50,990 bases of DNA from a bacterium. Its GTDB lineage: Bacteria; Zhuqueibacterota; Zhuqueibacteria; Zhuqueibacterales; Zhuqueibacteraceae. The stretch lies in NCBI GenBank assembly GCA_044869275.1, contig JBIOXB010000050.1, positions 1 to 50,990 of the forward strand. Reading direction: 5' to 3'. This document shows positions 17,784-27,983 of the stretch, in pieces (within the stretch, counting starts at the first letter, position 1; every line of letters begins with the position of its first letter). The notes below the pieces were generated by a model. That model saw nothing but the letters and a program-made list of their open reading frames with translations, was not told where the DNA came from and did no database searches. The position numbers and the translations under genes are program-made.

Positions 17784-18920
17784 ATGAGCCCGCAAATGCC
17801 ACAAGACAGCACCTCGACCGGGAAAAACTCCTGGACTGAAAACGACCGCTCGGGCAATGATCTGATCGAGCTCGAGCCTTTTCCCAAAGAATTCCAAGTG
17901 AGCATCTGGGAAAATCTCGACCGCCGTTTCACCGGCGTTTTGCTCGGCAGCCTCTTGATGAATTCTTTGCTGGTCGGCTATTTTCTTCAGAATGCTTCCC
18001 TGTACATCCAAGACAAGCACATTGCCATGGTGCAACAGCAATTTGCCCGACTGGTGTTGGACAAGAGTGAAGTCACCCTGGCGACCCCTGAGACGCCGGC
18101 CGAACTGCTCGCGCCGGCAGCCACGCAGGAGCAAATGGAGCAGAATACGGAGGCAACTAAAGCCGGAAGACGAGGCGGCCGAACAAGCTCGGGAGCCGGA
18201 CGAACCGGCGCCTCGAGCGGACAAGCCCCCGCCGGTACCGGACGAATAGGCGGCAGCGCAACGCGCAGCAGAACCGACGTCGGTCGCGCGGGAATTTTGG
18301 GGTTGCTCTCCAGTAGCAGCAGCATGTCCGGCGGTGAAGCGGTAGATGATATTTTGGGTGAGGCCAATGTTGTTTCCGACATGGACAAGGCACTTTCCGC
18401 AGGTTTGGCACGTGCCGGCGGCGGGGGCCGGGAACAATTAAAAGGCGAACTGGGCACCGGCCCGGGTGGCGGGGTGCGCGGCAGCCGTGAAACTGGAGGC
18501 GGCAATATCGATGCAATGGTCGAAGGCTTGGGCGAAGGCACGGCCAAAGGCGTATCGCGTACGGGCGAACTGGTCATCAGGAATGAAGAGCCTTTGATCG
18601 AAGCTGAGGAGGGTGGCACTGGCAGCGGCCGTTCGCAGGACGAGGTGGCAGCGATCGTGGCGCGGCACACCGGGGCGATTCAATCCTGCTACCAAAGCGA
18701 ATTGCGCCGCAGCCCGAACTTGCAAGGCAAGCTCGTCGTGCGCTTTGTGATCGCGCCGCAAGGCATGGTGGAAAGCGTCACCGTCGTCTCTTCAACGCTG
18801 AACAATGAGAGCGTGGAAAAATGCGTGGTGAATCGCATCCGCCGCTGGGACGATTTTGGCGCGATCGATCCGAAGAAGGGGAAAATGACCATCCGGCAAA
18901 TTTATACGTTCGGGTATTGA
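17784..18920 (+). CDS. TonB-like energy transducer with AgmX/PglI C-terminal domain (GltG-like)
   Basis: Single TM, Gly-rich linker with GILGLL, C-terminal IQSCYQSELRRSPNLQGKLVVRFVI...VEKCVVNRIRRW. Start uncertain (17706-17796). Confidence 0.85.
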   Translation: MSPQMPQDSTSTGKNSWTENDRSGNDLIELEPFPKEFQVSIWENLDRRFTGVLLGSLLMNSLLVGYFLQNASLYIQDKHIAMVQQQFARLVLDKSEVTLATPETPAELLAPAATQEQMEQNTEATKAGRRGGRTSSGAGRTGASSGQAPAGTGRIGGSATRSRTDVGRAGILGLLSSSSSMSGGEAVDDILGEANVVSDMDKALSAGLARAGGGGREQLKGELGTGPGGGVRGSRETGGGNIDAMVEGLGEGTAKGVSRTGELVIRNEEPLIEAEEGGTGSGRSQDEVAAIVARHTGAIQSCYQSELRRSPNLQGKLVVRFVIAPQGMVESVTVVSSTLNNESVEKCVVNRIRRWDDFGAIDPKKGKMTIRQIYTFGY

Positions 18921-18986
18921 TCTGCGGTTATTCCACCACAAGTGAAATCTGTGCTTTTTGAGCAAAGAAATCCAAAGCCGCGCCGG

Positions 18987-20246
18987 TCAAAAGCCATAGT
19001 ACCACGGAATCACATATCGCAAGAAGACGGCCAGACACAAGGAACTCATCAAGTTCATCAGGAACCCGGAAACGATCATGAGGGGCAAGGAGACGTGCTT
19101 GACGCCGCCGTAGATGAGCGCATTCGCCGGCGTCGCAATGGGCAGCATGAAGGCATTGGTGGATGCCAGGCCCACGGCGATGAGTGCCACCAGCGGATTC
19201 AAGCCCAAACTTGAGGCGAGCTCATGCACGAGCGGGAACAGCACCACCGAGACCGTGGTATTACTCAAGGGTTCAGTGGCCAGAGTGGTGATAAACGCAA
19301 GAAAGAAGTAGAGCACTATCCGGGGCATGTGTCTGGGGATGATCCCTCCAAGATTTTTTGCCAGCCATTGCGGCGCTTCTATGAATATGAAGAATGCGCT
19401 CAGGCCCAGCGCCAGCAAGACAAAGACAAAGCCCGCCACTGGAAGTTTGTGAAAACAGTCTGAAATTTTGAGCAAAGCCTTGCGCTTCTGCCCTGCCTCG
19501 GGATAGAGCGGCGCAAAGAGCAACGTCAAGAAGCCGAGGCCGAAACCGGCTGCTATTTGGTCCCATAAACTCCAACTAAGCTTGAGGCCCAACGCAGAGA
19601 AGTTATTGCTGGGTTGCGGCAGAAGGAGCTGCAAAACGGAATGCAGCATCCAAAAGCCGAACCAGAATGCCACGACGCGCCAGGCGAACCGGGTAAAGCC
19701 GCTACGCTCGGGGGCGAGGCGAAACGGCGGAAGGTCGATTCCTTGATGGCGCTCGGCGGCGGGCACGAAGATATAGCTGATCTGTGTCCACGCCAGCAAC
19801 AACAAAATGGCGACCAGCGGCAGGCTCCAACCGAACCAGGACAGGAAGTTTATTTTTTCCCCGCCGGGCACTTCCAATATCTGTATTGCTCCGATAATCA
19901 AAGCATTGGCCGGACTGCCGACCAAGGATCCCATGCCGCCGATGTTGCAGCCATACATGGCGATAATGGCCATCACGGTCGTCAAACGGCGGGCAACAGC
20001 CGGCTCGCGGCGCCGCTCCAGATCGAGACGCACGGCTTCGAGAATCGGCAGCAAGGTGAGCGCCGCAATGAAATTCGGCATGAACATCGCCATGAACGCA
20101 GCGGCCGGCGCGAGATAGAGCAGGAAGCGTATGAATGAATGACGGCGGTTATGGAACAGCCGCGCAAAGATCGACTCGGCCAAACCGTAACGCACGTTCA
20201 AGCGGGAGAGCAGGAAGCCGGTGGCGAACAGAAAGATGTAGGACAT
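18987..20246 (-). CDS. SLC13/DASS family permease
   Basis: NIGGMGSLVGSPAN, INFLSWF, TEPLSNT, AFMLPIATPANA. Confidence 0.88.
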   Translation of the reverse strand: MSYIFLFATGFLLSRLNVRYGLAESIFARLFHNRRHSFIRFLLYLAPAAAFMAMFMPNFIAALTLLPILEAVRLDLERRREPAVARRLTTVMAIIAMYGCNIGGMGSLVGSPANALIIGAIQILEVPGGEKINFLSWFGWSLPLVAILLLLAWTQISYIFVPAAERHQGIDLPPFRLAPERSGFTRFAWRVVAFWFGFWMLHSVLQLLLPQPSNNFSALGLKLSWSLWDQIAAGFGLGFLTLLFAPLYPEAGQKRKALLKISDCFHKLPVAGFVFVLLALGLSAFFIFIEAPQWLAKNLGGIIPRHMPRIVLYFFLAFITTLATEPLSNTTVSVVLFPLVHELASSLGLNPLVALIAVGLASTNAFMLPIATPANALIYGGVKHVSLPLMIVSGFLMNLMSSLCLAVFLRYVIPWYYGF

Positions 20247-20270
20247 GCGTGTTTTACCCGAGTCAAAAAA

Positions 20271-20340
20271 TCGAGGATGGAAGATAGATGATCGAAAGAA
20301 AAAGTCTGGCGATCATCTATTTTCAATCATCTATCCTCGA
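20271..20340. repeat. Intergenic hairpin built of degenerate 7-mer repeats
   Basis: TCGAGGATGGAAGATAGATGATCG ... CGATCATCTATTTTCAATCATCTATCCTCGA. Confidence 0.6.
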
Positions 20341-20350
20341 ATCCGGCTGA

Positions 20351-20485
20351 TCAATGTACTTTTCTCATCATCCGGCGAATCGCTGGCGTCAGAGCGGCCA
20401 GCAAGGCAGCGGAGAGCAGCAGGCCCGCGGCGATGCCGCCGTAGAGTGCCCATGTAGAAAATGGAGCAGCCGCTATCGCGGCGCG
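20351..20485 (-). pseudogene. Remnant of a POT/PTR2 (DtpT-like) peptide transporter
   Basis: Minus strand reads RRDSGCSIFYMG (cf. the POT motif RRDxGFSIFYMGIN), then in another frame LYGGIAAGLLLSAALLAALTPAIRRMMRKVH-stop (typical POT C-terminus). Confidence 0.65.
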
Positions 20486-20489
20486 ACCC

Positions 20490-22151
20490 TCACCAATAAT
20501 ACACGTTGAGCACGACAAAAACAATTAGCGCCAAAATCGCGTAAAACTCGGGCTTCTTCATGAACGGAATTGGGGCCGTCGCTTTTTCTTGGGCCAATCC
20601 TTTGACCAAGCCAACCAGCTCTGTTTTCGGTTTCTTCTCGGTAAACAAGCTGATCGCAATGGTGACGCTAAAACAGATCAACCAGGCCCACCAGGCACGC
20701 CAAAAATTGGCGGCCATGTCGCTGGCCTGCGCAGAAAGTGTAATGCTGGCGGGGCTGATCCAGGCATATTTGACCGCCAGAAAGAGAATGAAGGAAGATC
20801 CCATGCCGGCCACCAGTCCCCAAAAAGCGCCATTCGGCGTGATCCACCAGACAAACATGCCGAGCAGCATCGTGGCAAATAGCGGGGCGTTGACCCACGA
20901 AAAGATCGCTTGCATGTAGTCCATAATGCTGGGAAAGCTTTTCGCCCAGTATGCGGTGCCGACGCTGAGAATGATGCCGACGATCGTGGTCACGCGGCCC
21001 ACCCGGAGCAAATGCTCGTCGGAAGCCTTTTTGTTGATCAGGGTGCGATAAATATCATACGTCCACACGGTGTTGAAGGCGCTCACGTTGCCGGCTTGTC
21101 CGGCCATGAATCCGGCGAGCAGCGCGGTGATGCCGAGACCGGCGAGGCCGGTGGGGTAATAGCGCTGTATCAGCAGCGGCAGCGCGGAGTCGTAATTTAC
21201 CTGGCCGTTGTCCTGAAGCAGGGCGAATCCGCTTTGAGAATCATTGGCGAGTGCCAGCGCGATGAGGCCGGCCATGATCACCAGGAAGGGCAGGGCCATT
21301 TTGAAGAACGAGGCGATAATCGGCGTCATACGCGCGGCGCGCAAATCTTTGGCTGAGAAGGCGCGCTGCACCACGAGGAAATCCGTGGTCCAATAGCCGA
21401 AGGAAAGCACCCAGCCAAGACCCAGCACGATGCCCGCCCACGTAATCACCATGCCGTTTTGAGACGGGTCCGCAGAGGTGGACCAGAGCGTGCTGAATGA
21501 TTCGGGAATGCGGTTGAAGACCGCGTTGACGCCGCCGAGCTCGACAATGCCCAAGAGCGAGACGAGAAACAGCCCGAACCAGATGAGAAAGAATTGAATG
21601 ATTTCGGTGAAGATGGCAGAAAGCAGCCCGCTCATGGTGATATACAGGCCGACGGTGACGGCGGACATCCACATGCTCACGTCCCAGTTCCAGCCCAGAA
21701 ACGTATGCAGCACCAGTGCCATGGCATACAGATTGATGCCGGAAACCAACAAGGTCATCACGCCAAAGGCGATGCCGTTGAGCACCCGCGTTTTTTCGTC
21801 GAAGCGCAGCTTCAGGTACCCGGGCACGGAGTGAATACGGCTGCTGTAATAGAAAGGCATCATGTAGATGCCGAGGAAGAGCATGGCGGGAATGGCGCCG
21901 ACCCAATAAAAGTGCGCGACGTACATGCCATACTTGAAGGTATTGCCGGTCATGCCGAGAAGCTCGAGCGCCCCCAGATTTGCCGAGAGAAAGGCAAGAC
22001 CCGCCACCCACGAGCTGTTTTTTCTTCCCGCCAAAAAAAAGTCTTCCTGATTTTTGGTGAAACGCTTGAGATAAAATCCCAGCCCCAAGATAAAGGCAAA
22101 ATAGATTCCGATGATCAGCCAATCGACGAAAGTCAGACCGAAAGAGACCAT
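20490..22151 (-). CDS. Sodium:solute symporter (SSS/SLC5)
   Basis: DFFLAGR, SANLGALE, GYWTTDFLVVQRAFSA, SAFNTVWTYDIY; RBS GAGGAGG. Confidence 0.92.
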   Translation of the reverse strand: MVSFGLTFVDWLIIGIYFAFILGLGFYLKRFTKNQEDFFLAGRKNSSWVAGLAFLSANLGALELLGMTGNTFKYGMYVAHFYWVGAIPAMLFLGIYMMPFYYSSRIHSVPGYLKLRFDEKTRVLNGIAFGVMTLLVSGINLYAMALVLHTFLGWNWDVSMWMSAVTVGLYITMSGLLSAIFTEIIQFFLIWFGLFLVSLLGIVELGGVNAVFNRIPESFSTLWSTSADPSQNGMVITWAGIVLGLGWVLSFGYWTTDFLVVQRAFSAKDLRAARMTPIIASFFKMALPFLVIMAGLIALALANDSQSGFALLQDNGQVNYDSALPLLIQRYYPTGLAGLGITALLAGFMAGQAGNVSAFNTVWTYDIYRTLINKKASDEHLLRVGRVTTIVGIILSVGTAYWAKSFPSIMDYMQAIFSWVNAPLFATMLLGMFVWWITPNGAFWGLVAGMGSSFILFLAVKYAWISPASITLSAQASDMAANFWRAWWAWLICFSVTIAISLFTEKKPKTELVGLVKGLAQEKATAPIPFMKKPEFYAILALIVFVVLNVYYW

Positions 22152-22312
22152 AAGTTTTTCCTCCTCACTCCGGGCAACACTTTTCGATTCGTAAAGTAAG
22201 GTTCAGTTGGCGCCACCACTCGAGCAGCCCTCCCGAAGCTTCGCGAGCTTTCACAGCATTGGCGCACGCTCGGAAGTGGCTCCCCCTCCCTATGCGCAAC
22301 GAGGTTCATCCT

Positions 22313-22516
22313 TCATTCTACCGTCTTGTTCCGATTCGTGAATAGAAACATCAACCCCGCGAACGTCATGATGCCACCCCACCACAAGCCCGGGTGGAGA
22401 TGTGCGAGCACGGTGGGCTGTGCCGGAGGATTAAAGACTTGATATACTCCGGCCAGCGTGATGATGCTGCCCATGCTCAAGAGCAGCAGACCGACGAAAT
22501 ACCAGATGGGTTTCAT
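22313..22516 (-). CDS. Small two-TM membrane protein, probable SSS accessory subunit
   Basis: MKPIWYFVGLLLL...LHPGLWWGGIM; RBS AAGGAG; lies between two SSS genes. Confidence 0.7.
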   Translation of the reverse strand: MKPIWYFVGLLLLSMGSIITLAGVYQVFNPPAQPTVLAHLHPGLWWGGIMTFAGLMFLFTNRNKTVE

Positions 22517-22639
22517 GAGGCAATGCTCCTTCTTTAGGTGAAATCTCTGCAAAGAAAAGCACGGATAGATGAACTCCCATGGATAATCTTCTCCGCCGAG
22601 GAGGAGTTTTTTGATTGCGGCTCGTCCGCCTGCGGCATT

Positions 22640-24451
22640 TTAACGGCTGCTGCTTCCAGCCCAAAGCTGGTTGATCACACGGAGCAGAATGAAGCCGCTG
22701 AGGAGAAATACTCCCAGAAGCATCAGCGCATAGTTCATGCGGCCGTAAAGGAAGTTGCCCACGACAAACAAAGCCGACCAGATCATGGTGCAGCCCGCGA
22801 CCCAGCCGAGCAATGCCAGGGGAATGTTCTCGTGCGTGGCCTGAGCTTCTGCCACAGAAACGCCGGATTCTTGACGGATGCTCCTCCAGCCCGGACCAAA
22901 GGGCCTGATCTTTTTGTAAAATTCGACTAGAGTACGGCGATCAGTCTGCGGCCCCAAAAAGGTGACGAGCACCCAGCACGCCGTGGTGAAAGCAATGGTG
23001 ATCAGCAGCGAAGCGTGTGTGCTGAGGTGCGCGCCGTTTTTGTTGAGAATCAGAATCACCATGGAAACCAAGAAGGAACTGATCATCGCGCTCACTTCGC
23101 TCCAGGCGTTGACGCGCCACCAAAACCAGCGGACGAGATAGAGCAAACCGGTGCCGGCGCCAACCTGGAGAATGATGTTGAAGGCATCGAGAGCGGTGTC
23201 TAAAACGAAGGTCAATGCGGAAGCGCAGAAGAACAACAGGATGGTGGCGAGGCGGCCGATCAAGACGTAATGTTTCTCGCTGGCGTCACTCTTGATGAAG
23301 CGCCGGTAGAAATCGTGCACGAGATAAGACGCGCCCCAATTCAGATGGGTCAGGATCGTCGAGGAGTTGGCTGCAATCAAGCCGCCCACCATGAGCCCGA
23401 CAAAGCCCACGGGCAAAAACTTCAGCATGGCCGGATAGGCAATGTCATGTCCGAGCAATTGCGGGTCGAGATTCGGGAAGGCATTTTGGATGTCCGACAA
23501 TTCCGGATAGACCAGCAGCGAAGCCAGCCCCACCAAAATCCAAGGCCATGGCCGCAGCACGTAATGGGCTACGTTGAAAAACAAAACCGCGCCGAGCGAG
23601 TCTTTTTCGGACTTCGAGGCCAACATGCGTTGGGCAATATAACTGCCGCCGCCGGGCTCCGCCCCCGGGTACCAAACCGCCCACCATTGCACCGCGATCG
23701 GCATGATGAAAACCGCGATGGCCATGTCCAGATTGTTGGTGAAGTCCGGCAGGATGCTGAGATAATTCAGTCCCCCGGGGCCTTTCATCGCGGAAAGCTT
23801 TTCTACCAGACCCTGCAGCCCACCCACTTGCGGCAAGTTAACCGCAAAGTAAGCTGCCGCAATCACGGCGGTCATCTTGATGAAGAACTGGATCATGTCG
23901 ATGACCAGCACGCCCCACAAACCGGAATGCGTGGCAAAAACGACGTTCAATATGCCGACGAAAAGCAGCGTCTGCCAGCGTTGCAGTCCGAACAGAATAC
24001 CCGCGATCTTGCACGCCGCCAAATTCACCGTCGCCATGATCATGCAATTGAAGAACAGGCCCAAATAGACCGAGCGAAATCCGCGCACGAAGCTCGCCGC
24101 CCTGCCCGAGTAACGAATCTCGTAGAACTCGAGATCCGTCATGACACCTGAGCGGCGCCACAAACGGGCGTAGAAAAACACCGTGGCGATGCCGGTCAAG
24201 GTAAAGGCCCACCAGACCCAATTGCCCGCCACGCCATTCCGGCGCACAATGTCGGTCACGAGATTGGGGGTGTCGCTGCTGAACGTGGTGGCCACCATGG
24301 ACAAGCCGGCCAGCCACCACGGCACCGCGCGCCCGGAAACGAAGAACTCGGAGGTGCTCTTGCCCGCGCGTTTGCCGAAAAACAAGGCGGGAGCAAAACA
24401 GATGATCAAGGACGCTGCGATGATGATCCAATCGAGAAGATGGATATGCAT
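22640..24451 (-). CDS. Sodium:solute symporter (SSS/SLC5)
   Basis: EFFVSGRAVPWWLAGLSMVATTFSSDTP, GAEPGGGSYIAQRMLA, THLNWGASYLVHD. Confidence 0.92.
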   Translation of the reverse strand: MHIHLLDWIIIAASLIICFAPALFFGKRAGKSTSEFFVSGRAVPWWLAGLSMVATTFSSDTPNLVTDIVRRNGVAGNWVWWAFTLTGIATVFFYARLWRRSGVMTDLEFYEIRYSGRAASFVRGFRSVYLGLFFNCMIMATVNLAACKIAGILFGLQRWQTLLFVGILNVVFATHSGLWGVLVIDMIQFFIKMTAVIAAAYFAVNLPQVGGLQGLVEKLSAMKGPGGLNYLSILPDFTNNLDMAIAVFIMPIAVQWWAVWYPGAEPGGGSYIAQRMLASKSEKDSLGAVLFFNVAHYVLRPWPWILVGLASLLVYPELSDIQNAFPNLDPQLLGHDIAYPAMLKFLPVGFVGLMVGGLIAANSSTILTHLNWGASYLVHDFYRRFIKSDASEKHYVLIGRLATILLFFCASALTFVLDTALDAFNIILQVGAGTGLLYLVRWFWWRVNAWSEVSAMISSFLVSMVILILNKNGAHLSTHASLLITIAFTTACWVLVTFLGPQTDRRTLVEFYKKIRPFGPGWRSIRQESGVSVAEAQATHENIPLALLGWVAGCTMIWSALFVVGNFLYGRMNYALMLLGVFLLSGFILLRVINQLWAGSSSR

Positions 24452-24555
24452 GCTTTTCTCCCTCTCGTGGTGGAAGTTGAAATCCGGCGTACGATTGAAT
24501 TTAGCCAGAACAACTGGCGCCAGCTATCGGTTTGGCGAAACACAACGTCATTGCT

Positions 24556-25809
24556 TCATGCAGTTTTGGCATTGGCGTTCGTATTCGGGACGATATCGAG
24601 ATTGAGCTCACCCTCCCAGCGCGCCATGACGGCCGAAGCCAGGCAATTTCCCACGACGTTTACGGTCGTGCGTCCCATGTCCATCAGCTCATCCACGCCA
24701 AGAATGATGGCCACGCCTTCGAGCGGCAAGCCGAAGCTCGCCAAGGTGCCCGAAAGGATCACCAATGCTGCCCGCGGCACACCGGCCACGCCTTTGCTGG
24801 TGAGCATGAGTGTAAGCATCATCAGCACTTGCTGCGTGGCGGACAATTCGATACCGGCCGCCTGCGCCACAAAGATCGAGGCCACAGCCAGATAAAGCGT
24901 GGAACCGTCGAGATTGAAGGAGTACCCCGTGGGCAAGACAAACGAGACGATGCGATTGGGTACGCCGAAGAGGCGCATTTGCTTGAGCGCATCGGGCAGC
25001 GCCGCGTCCGAAGAAGTGGTGGAAAACGCGATCAACGCAGGTTCGCGCACGGCGCGGAAAAATTTTTTGACGGGAATTTTCGCAATGATCATCACGGGCA
25101 CGAACACCAGGAGCACGAAGACGATCAGTGCGCCGTATAGAGTCAACACCAGCTTGCCCAGGTTGATCAACACGCCCATGCCGCTGTGGCCCACGGTATA
25201 GGCCATCGCGGCGCCGATGCCGAAAGGCGCGAATTTCATCACGAAGCCGGTGAATTTGAACATCACCTCGGCGAGGCCTTCAAAGAAACTGAGCATCGTT
25301 TCCTTGGGCTTGCCTTTCACCTGCGTGAGCGCCGCGGCAAACAAAATGGCGAAGAAAACCACTTGCAGCACATCGTTGGTGGCGGCGGCTTCGATGATGC
25401 TCTGCGGCACGATGTGCTCGATCACCCCTTGCAGGGTGGTTTTCTTGGCGGCATACTCTTGTCCCTGCGCCGTCGAGGCCGGCAGCGCCACACCAACGCC
25501 AGGTTTGGTGAGGTTGACGGCCACCAGCCCAATCGCCAGCGCCAGCGTGGTGACGATCTCGAAGTAAATGATCGCGCGCAGCGCCAGCCGTCCGACCACC
25601 TTCAAATCGTCGCTGTGGCCGGCAATGCCGATCACCAGCGTGCCGAACAGCAACGGCACGATGATGGATTTGATCATGCGCAGAAAGATATTCGAGACGA
25701 TTCTGACGTTTTGCGAGAACTCGGGAAAGAGCCAGCCCACAAAAACGCCGACGACCATTGCGATGACAATCCATTGGGTGAGGCTGATGCGGCGCAGCAG
25801 ATTGAGCAT
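24556..25809 (-). CDS. Dicarboxylate/amino acid:cation symporter (DAACS, GltP-like)
   Basis: AFSTTSSDAALP, PTGYSFNLDGS, TSKGVAGVP, DMGRTTVNVVGN. Confidence 0.93.
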   Translation of the reverse strand: MLNLLRRISLTQWIVIAMVVGVFVGWLFPEFSQNVRIVSNIFLRMIKSIIVPLLFGTLVIGIAGHSDDLKVVGRLALRAIIYFEIVTTLALAIGLVAVNLTKPGVGVALPASTAQGQEYAAKKTTLQGVIEHIVPQSIIEAAATNDVLQVVFFAILFAAALTQVKGKPKETMLSFFEGLAEVMFKFTGFVMKFAPFGIGAAMAYTVGHSGMGVLINLGKLVLTLYGALIVFVLLVFVPVMIIAKIPVKKFFRAVREPALIAFSTTSSDAALPDALKQMRLFGVPNRIVSFVLPTGYSFNLDGSTLYLAVASIFVAQAAGIELSATQQVLMMLTLMLTSKGVAGVPRAALVILSGTLASFGLPLEGVAIILGVDELMDMGRTTVNVVGNCLASAVMARWEGELNLDIVPNTNANAKTA

Positions 25810-25822
25810 GAAGCATTTTCCT

Positions 25823-26308
25823 TTACATGGAGGCTTTTTTCAGCAGCGCAATCTGCCCGGCGTGATAAAGATCGTGCTGCACAACGCCGTGCAGCGTAAT
25901 GTAACACGAGACACCGCCGCCGGTTTCGCGGCTTTGCTCGGTGATCAGAATATCCGCCAGCCGCGCCTCGGTTAAGCCCCGCACGGTTTTCATCAACGCC
26001 TCCTGCCGTTGGGCGAGCTTGCTGAGCGTCTTTTGCCACGCGGCAGCGCTGGTGTCCGTCACCGCCGGCCAATCGCCTTCCACAGGCAATCGCACCGGCT
26101 CGCCCTCGAGGCGCCGGCGCACGACGTCCTTCCAACCGGCAATGTGCAAGACGATTTCCCAAATCGTATGCGCGTTCGCGATCGGTCTCGCCGCCGCACT
26201 CTCGGCGGTGACCGCGGAGAGCACTTCTTGCAAAGCAGGCCCGGACCACGAATCTTTTTCGAAGGCGCGTTGGAGTTGTTCGGTGATTCTGTTGATCTCG
26301 CTCATCAT
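25823..26308 (-). CDS. DinB/YfiT family protein
   Basis: HTIWEIVLHIAGW and HGVVQHDLYHAGQI His motifs; start MMSEIN after GAGGA. Confidence 0.85.
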   Translation of the reverse strand: MMSEINRITEQLQRAFEKDSWSGPALQEVLSAVTAESAAARPIANAHTIWEIVLHIAGWKDVVRRRLEGEPVRLPVEGDWPAVTDTSAAAWQKTLSKLAQRQEALMKTVRGLTEARLADILITEQSRETGGGVSCYITLHGVVQHDLYHAGQIALLKKASM

Positions 26309-26405
26309 CCCAATCCTCTTGCAAGCCCAAAGAGACATGTGCAAATATTTCGGTTCATCTTCGGCACTCCGCTGCAACGAAAACTCTTGCGTTTCCGCAG
26401 TGCTT

Positions 26406-27908
26406 TCAGACGTTCTCGCTTGCGCGTTGCCGCGCCATGACGCTGCGTTTGCGGCTGTAACCAAAGTAAATCAGGAGACCGAGGGCGAGCCAGATGATGA
26501 GTCGCAGCCAGTTTTCAGAGGGTAGGCTGAACATGAGCAACAGGCAGCTTAGAATTCCCAGGATGGGGACAAGTGGCACCAACGGCGCGCGAAATGGGCG
26601 CTCGATTTCAGGATGAGTGCGGCGCATGATCCACACCGCGGCGCACACAATCGCGAAAGCCATCAGCGTTCCCATATTGACGAGATTGAGCAAAATGTTA
26701 ATAGGCAAGAAGGCGGCCATCGCGCCCACGAAAATGCCCGTGAGAATTGTTGATTTATAGGGTGTGCGGAAACGGTCGTGCACCGCGCCAAAAAAGCTCG
26801 CGGGCAGCAGGCCGTCACGCGACATGGCCAGTAGCACCCGCGGCAGGCTCAACATCAAGACCAACATGACGGAAGTGATGCCGGCCACTCCGGCAAGCGC
26901 GAGTAGAAATTTCGCCCAACCTAATCCCACTTGCTCGAACGCTGCTGCGATCGGCGCGTTGACGTCAAGTTTATTGTAGGGAACCATACCGGTCATGACC
27001 GCAACGACGGCGACATAAAGAATGGTGCAAATGAAGAGAGAAGCAATGATACCGATGGGCACGTCGCGTTGCGGCTTTTTCGCTTCTTCGGCGTGCGTTG
27101 AAACCGAATCAAAACCAATGTACGCAAAGAAAGCGAGCGCGGCGCCCGCAAGCATGCCAACGGGCCGGCCGCCGGCATCGGACTGGCCGAGCACGGTGGT
27201 GCCGAACATGCTGAGGCCGGTGTAACCATACGGCGCGAAGTTGTTCCAATTGTCGGGATTCATGAAGAACGCGCCGACGGCGATGACAAAAATAACGGCG
27301 GTTACTTTGACGAAAACCATGGTCGCATTGAAGCTCGCGCTTTCGCGAATGCCGACGACCAAAATGATGGTGCAAAGCGTGACCACGAGCACCGCCGGCA
27401 GATTGATCAGCGCACCGGTGGCGACAAATTTACCGATATTGGGATCGTAATTGATGACCGGCCCGCTGATGGCCTTCGGCAACACGATATCGAAAGAACC
27501 AAGCACCGATTGGAAGTAGCCGGACCAGCCATTGGCCACGGTGGCCGAGCCGACGGCATATTCGAGCACGAGATCCCATCCAATAATCCATGCGAAGATT
27601 TCGCCGAGTGTGGTGTAAGCGTAAGTGTAAGCCGAACCCGCGACCGGCGCCATGGAGGCGAACTCGGCATAGCACAAAGCGGCGAAAATGCATACCACAC
27701 CGGCAACGACATAAGACAGCATCAGTGCCGGGCCGGCAGTTTGTTGCGCAATGACACCGGTGGTCACGAAGATGCCGGCGCCGATGATCGCGCCGACTCC
27801 GAGGCTGGTGAGCTGAATCGGCCCGAGCACGCGGCGCAAGCGATTCTCGCCTTTCATCTCCTCGTGAATCATGTGGATGGGTTTTTTGGCAAAGAGGTTA
27901 CTGGCCAT
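26406..27908 (-). CDS. APC-family amino acid permease
   Basis: GVGAIIGAGIF, ALCYAEFASM, FFAYIGFDSVSTHAEEAK. Confidence 0.93.
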   Translation of the reverse strand: MASNLFAKKPIHMIHEEMKGENRLRRVLGPIQLTSLGVGAIIGAGIFVTTGVIAQQTAGPALMLSYVVAGVVCIFAALCYAEFASMAPVAGSAYTYAYTTLGEIFAWIIGWDLVLEYAVGSATVANGWSGYFQSVLGSFDIVLPKAISGPVINYDPNIGKFVATGALINLPAVLVVTLCTIILVVGIRESASFNATMVFVKVTAVIFVIAVGAFFMNPDNWNNFAPYGYTGLSMFGTTVLGQSDAGGRPVGMLAGAALAFFAYIGFDSVSTHAEEAKKPQRDVPIGIIASLFICTILYVAVVAVMTGMVPYNKLDVNAPIAAAFEQVGLGWAKFLLALAGVAGITSVMLVLMLSLPRVLLAMSRDGLLPASFFGAVHDRFRTPYKSTILTGIFVGAMAAFLPINILLNLVNMGTLMAFAIVCAAVWIMRRTHPEIERPFRAPLVPLVPILGILSCLLLMFSLPSENWLRLIIWLALGLLIYFGYSRKRSVMARQRASENV

Positions 27909-27983
27909 TTTGGCAGATCCAAGTTTTGTGAAGGGATAATCGCCAACACTCGGCGTGTTTTCAATCAACGTGGCGCAGCTTGC

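Noticed and set aside
15936..18920. Ordinary TonB-ExbBD uptake or Tol-Pal system
   Set aside because: No TonB-dependent receptor, TolB or Pal; two ExbDs, giant TPRs and an AgmX/PglI domain fit the Agl-Glt type better.
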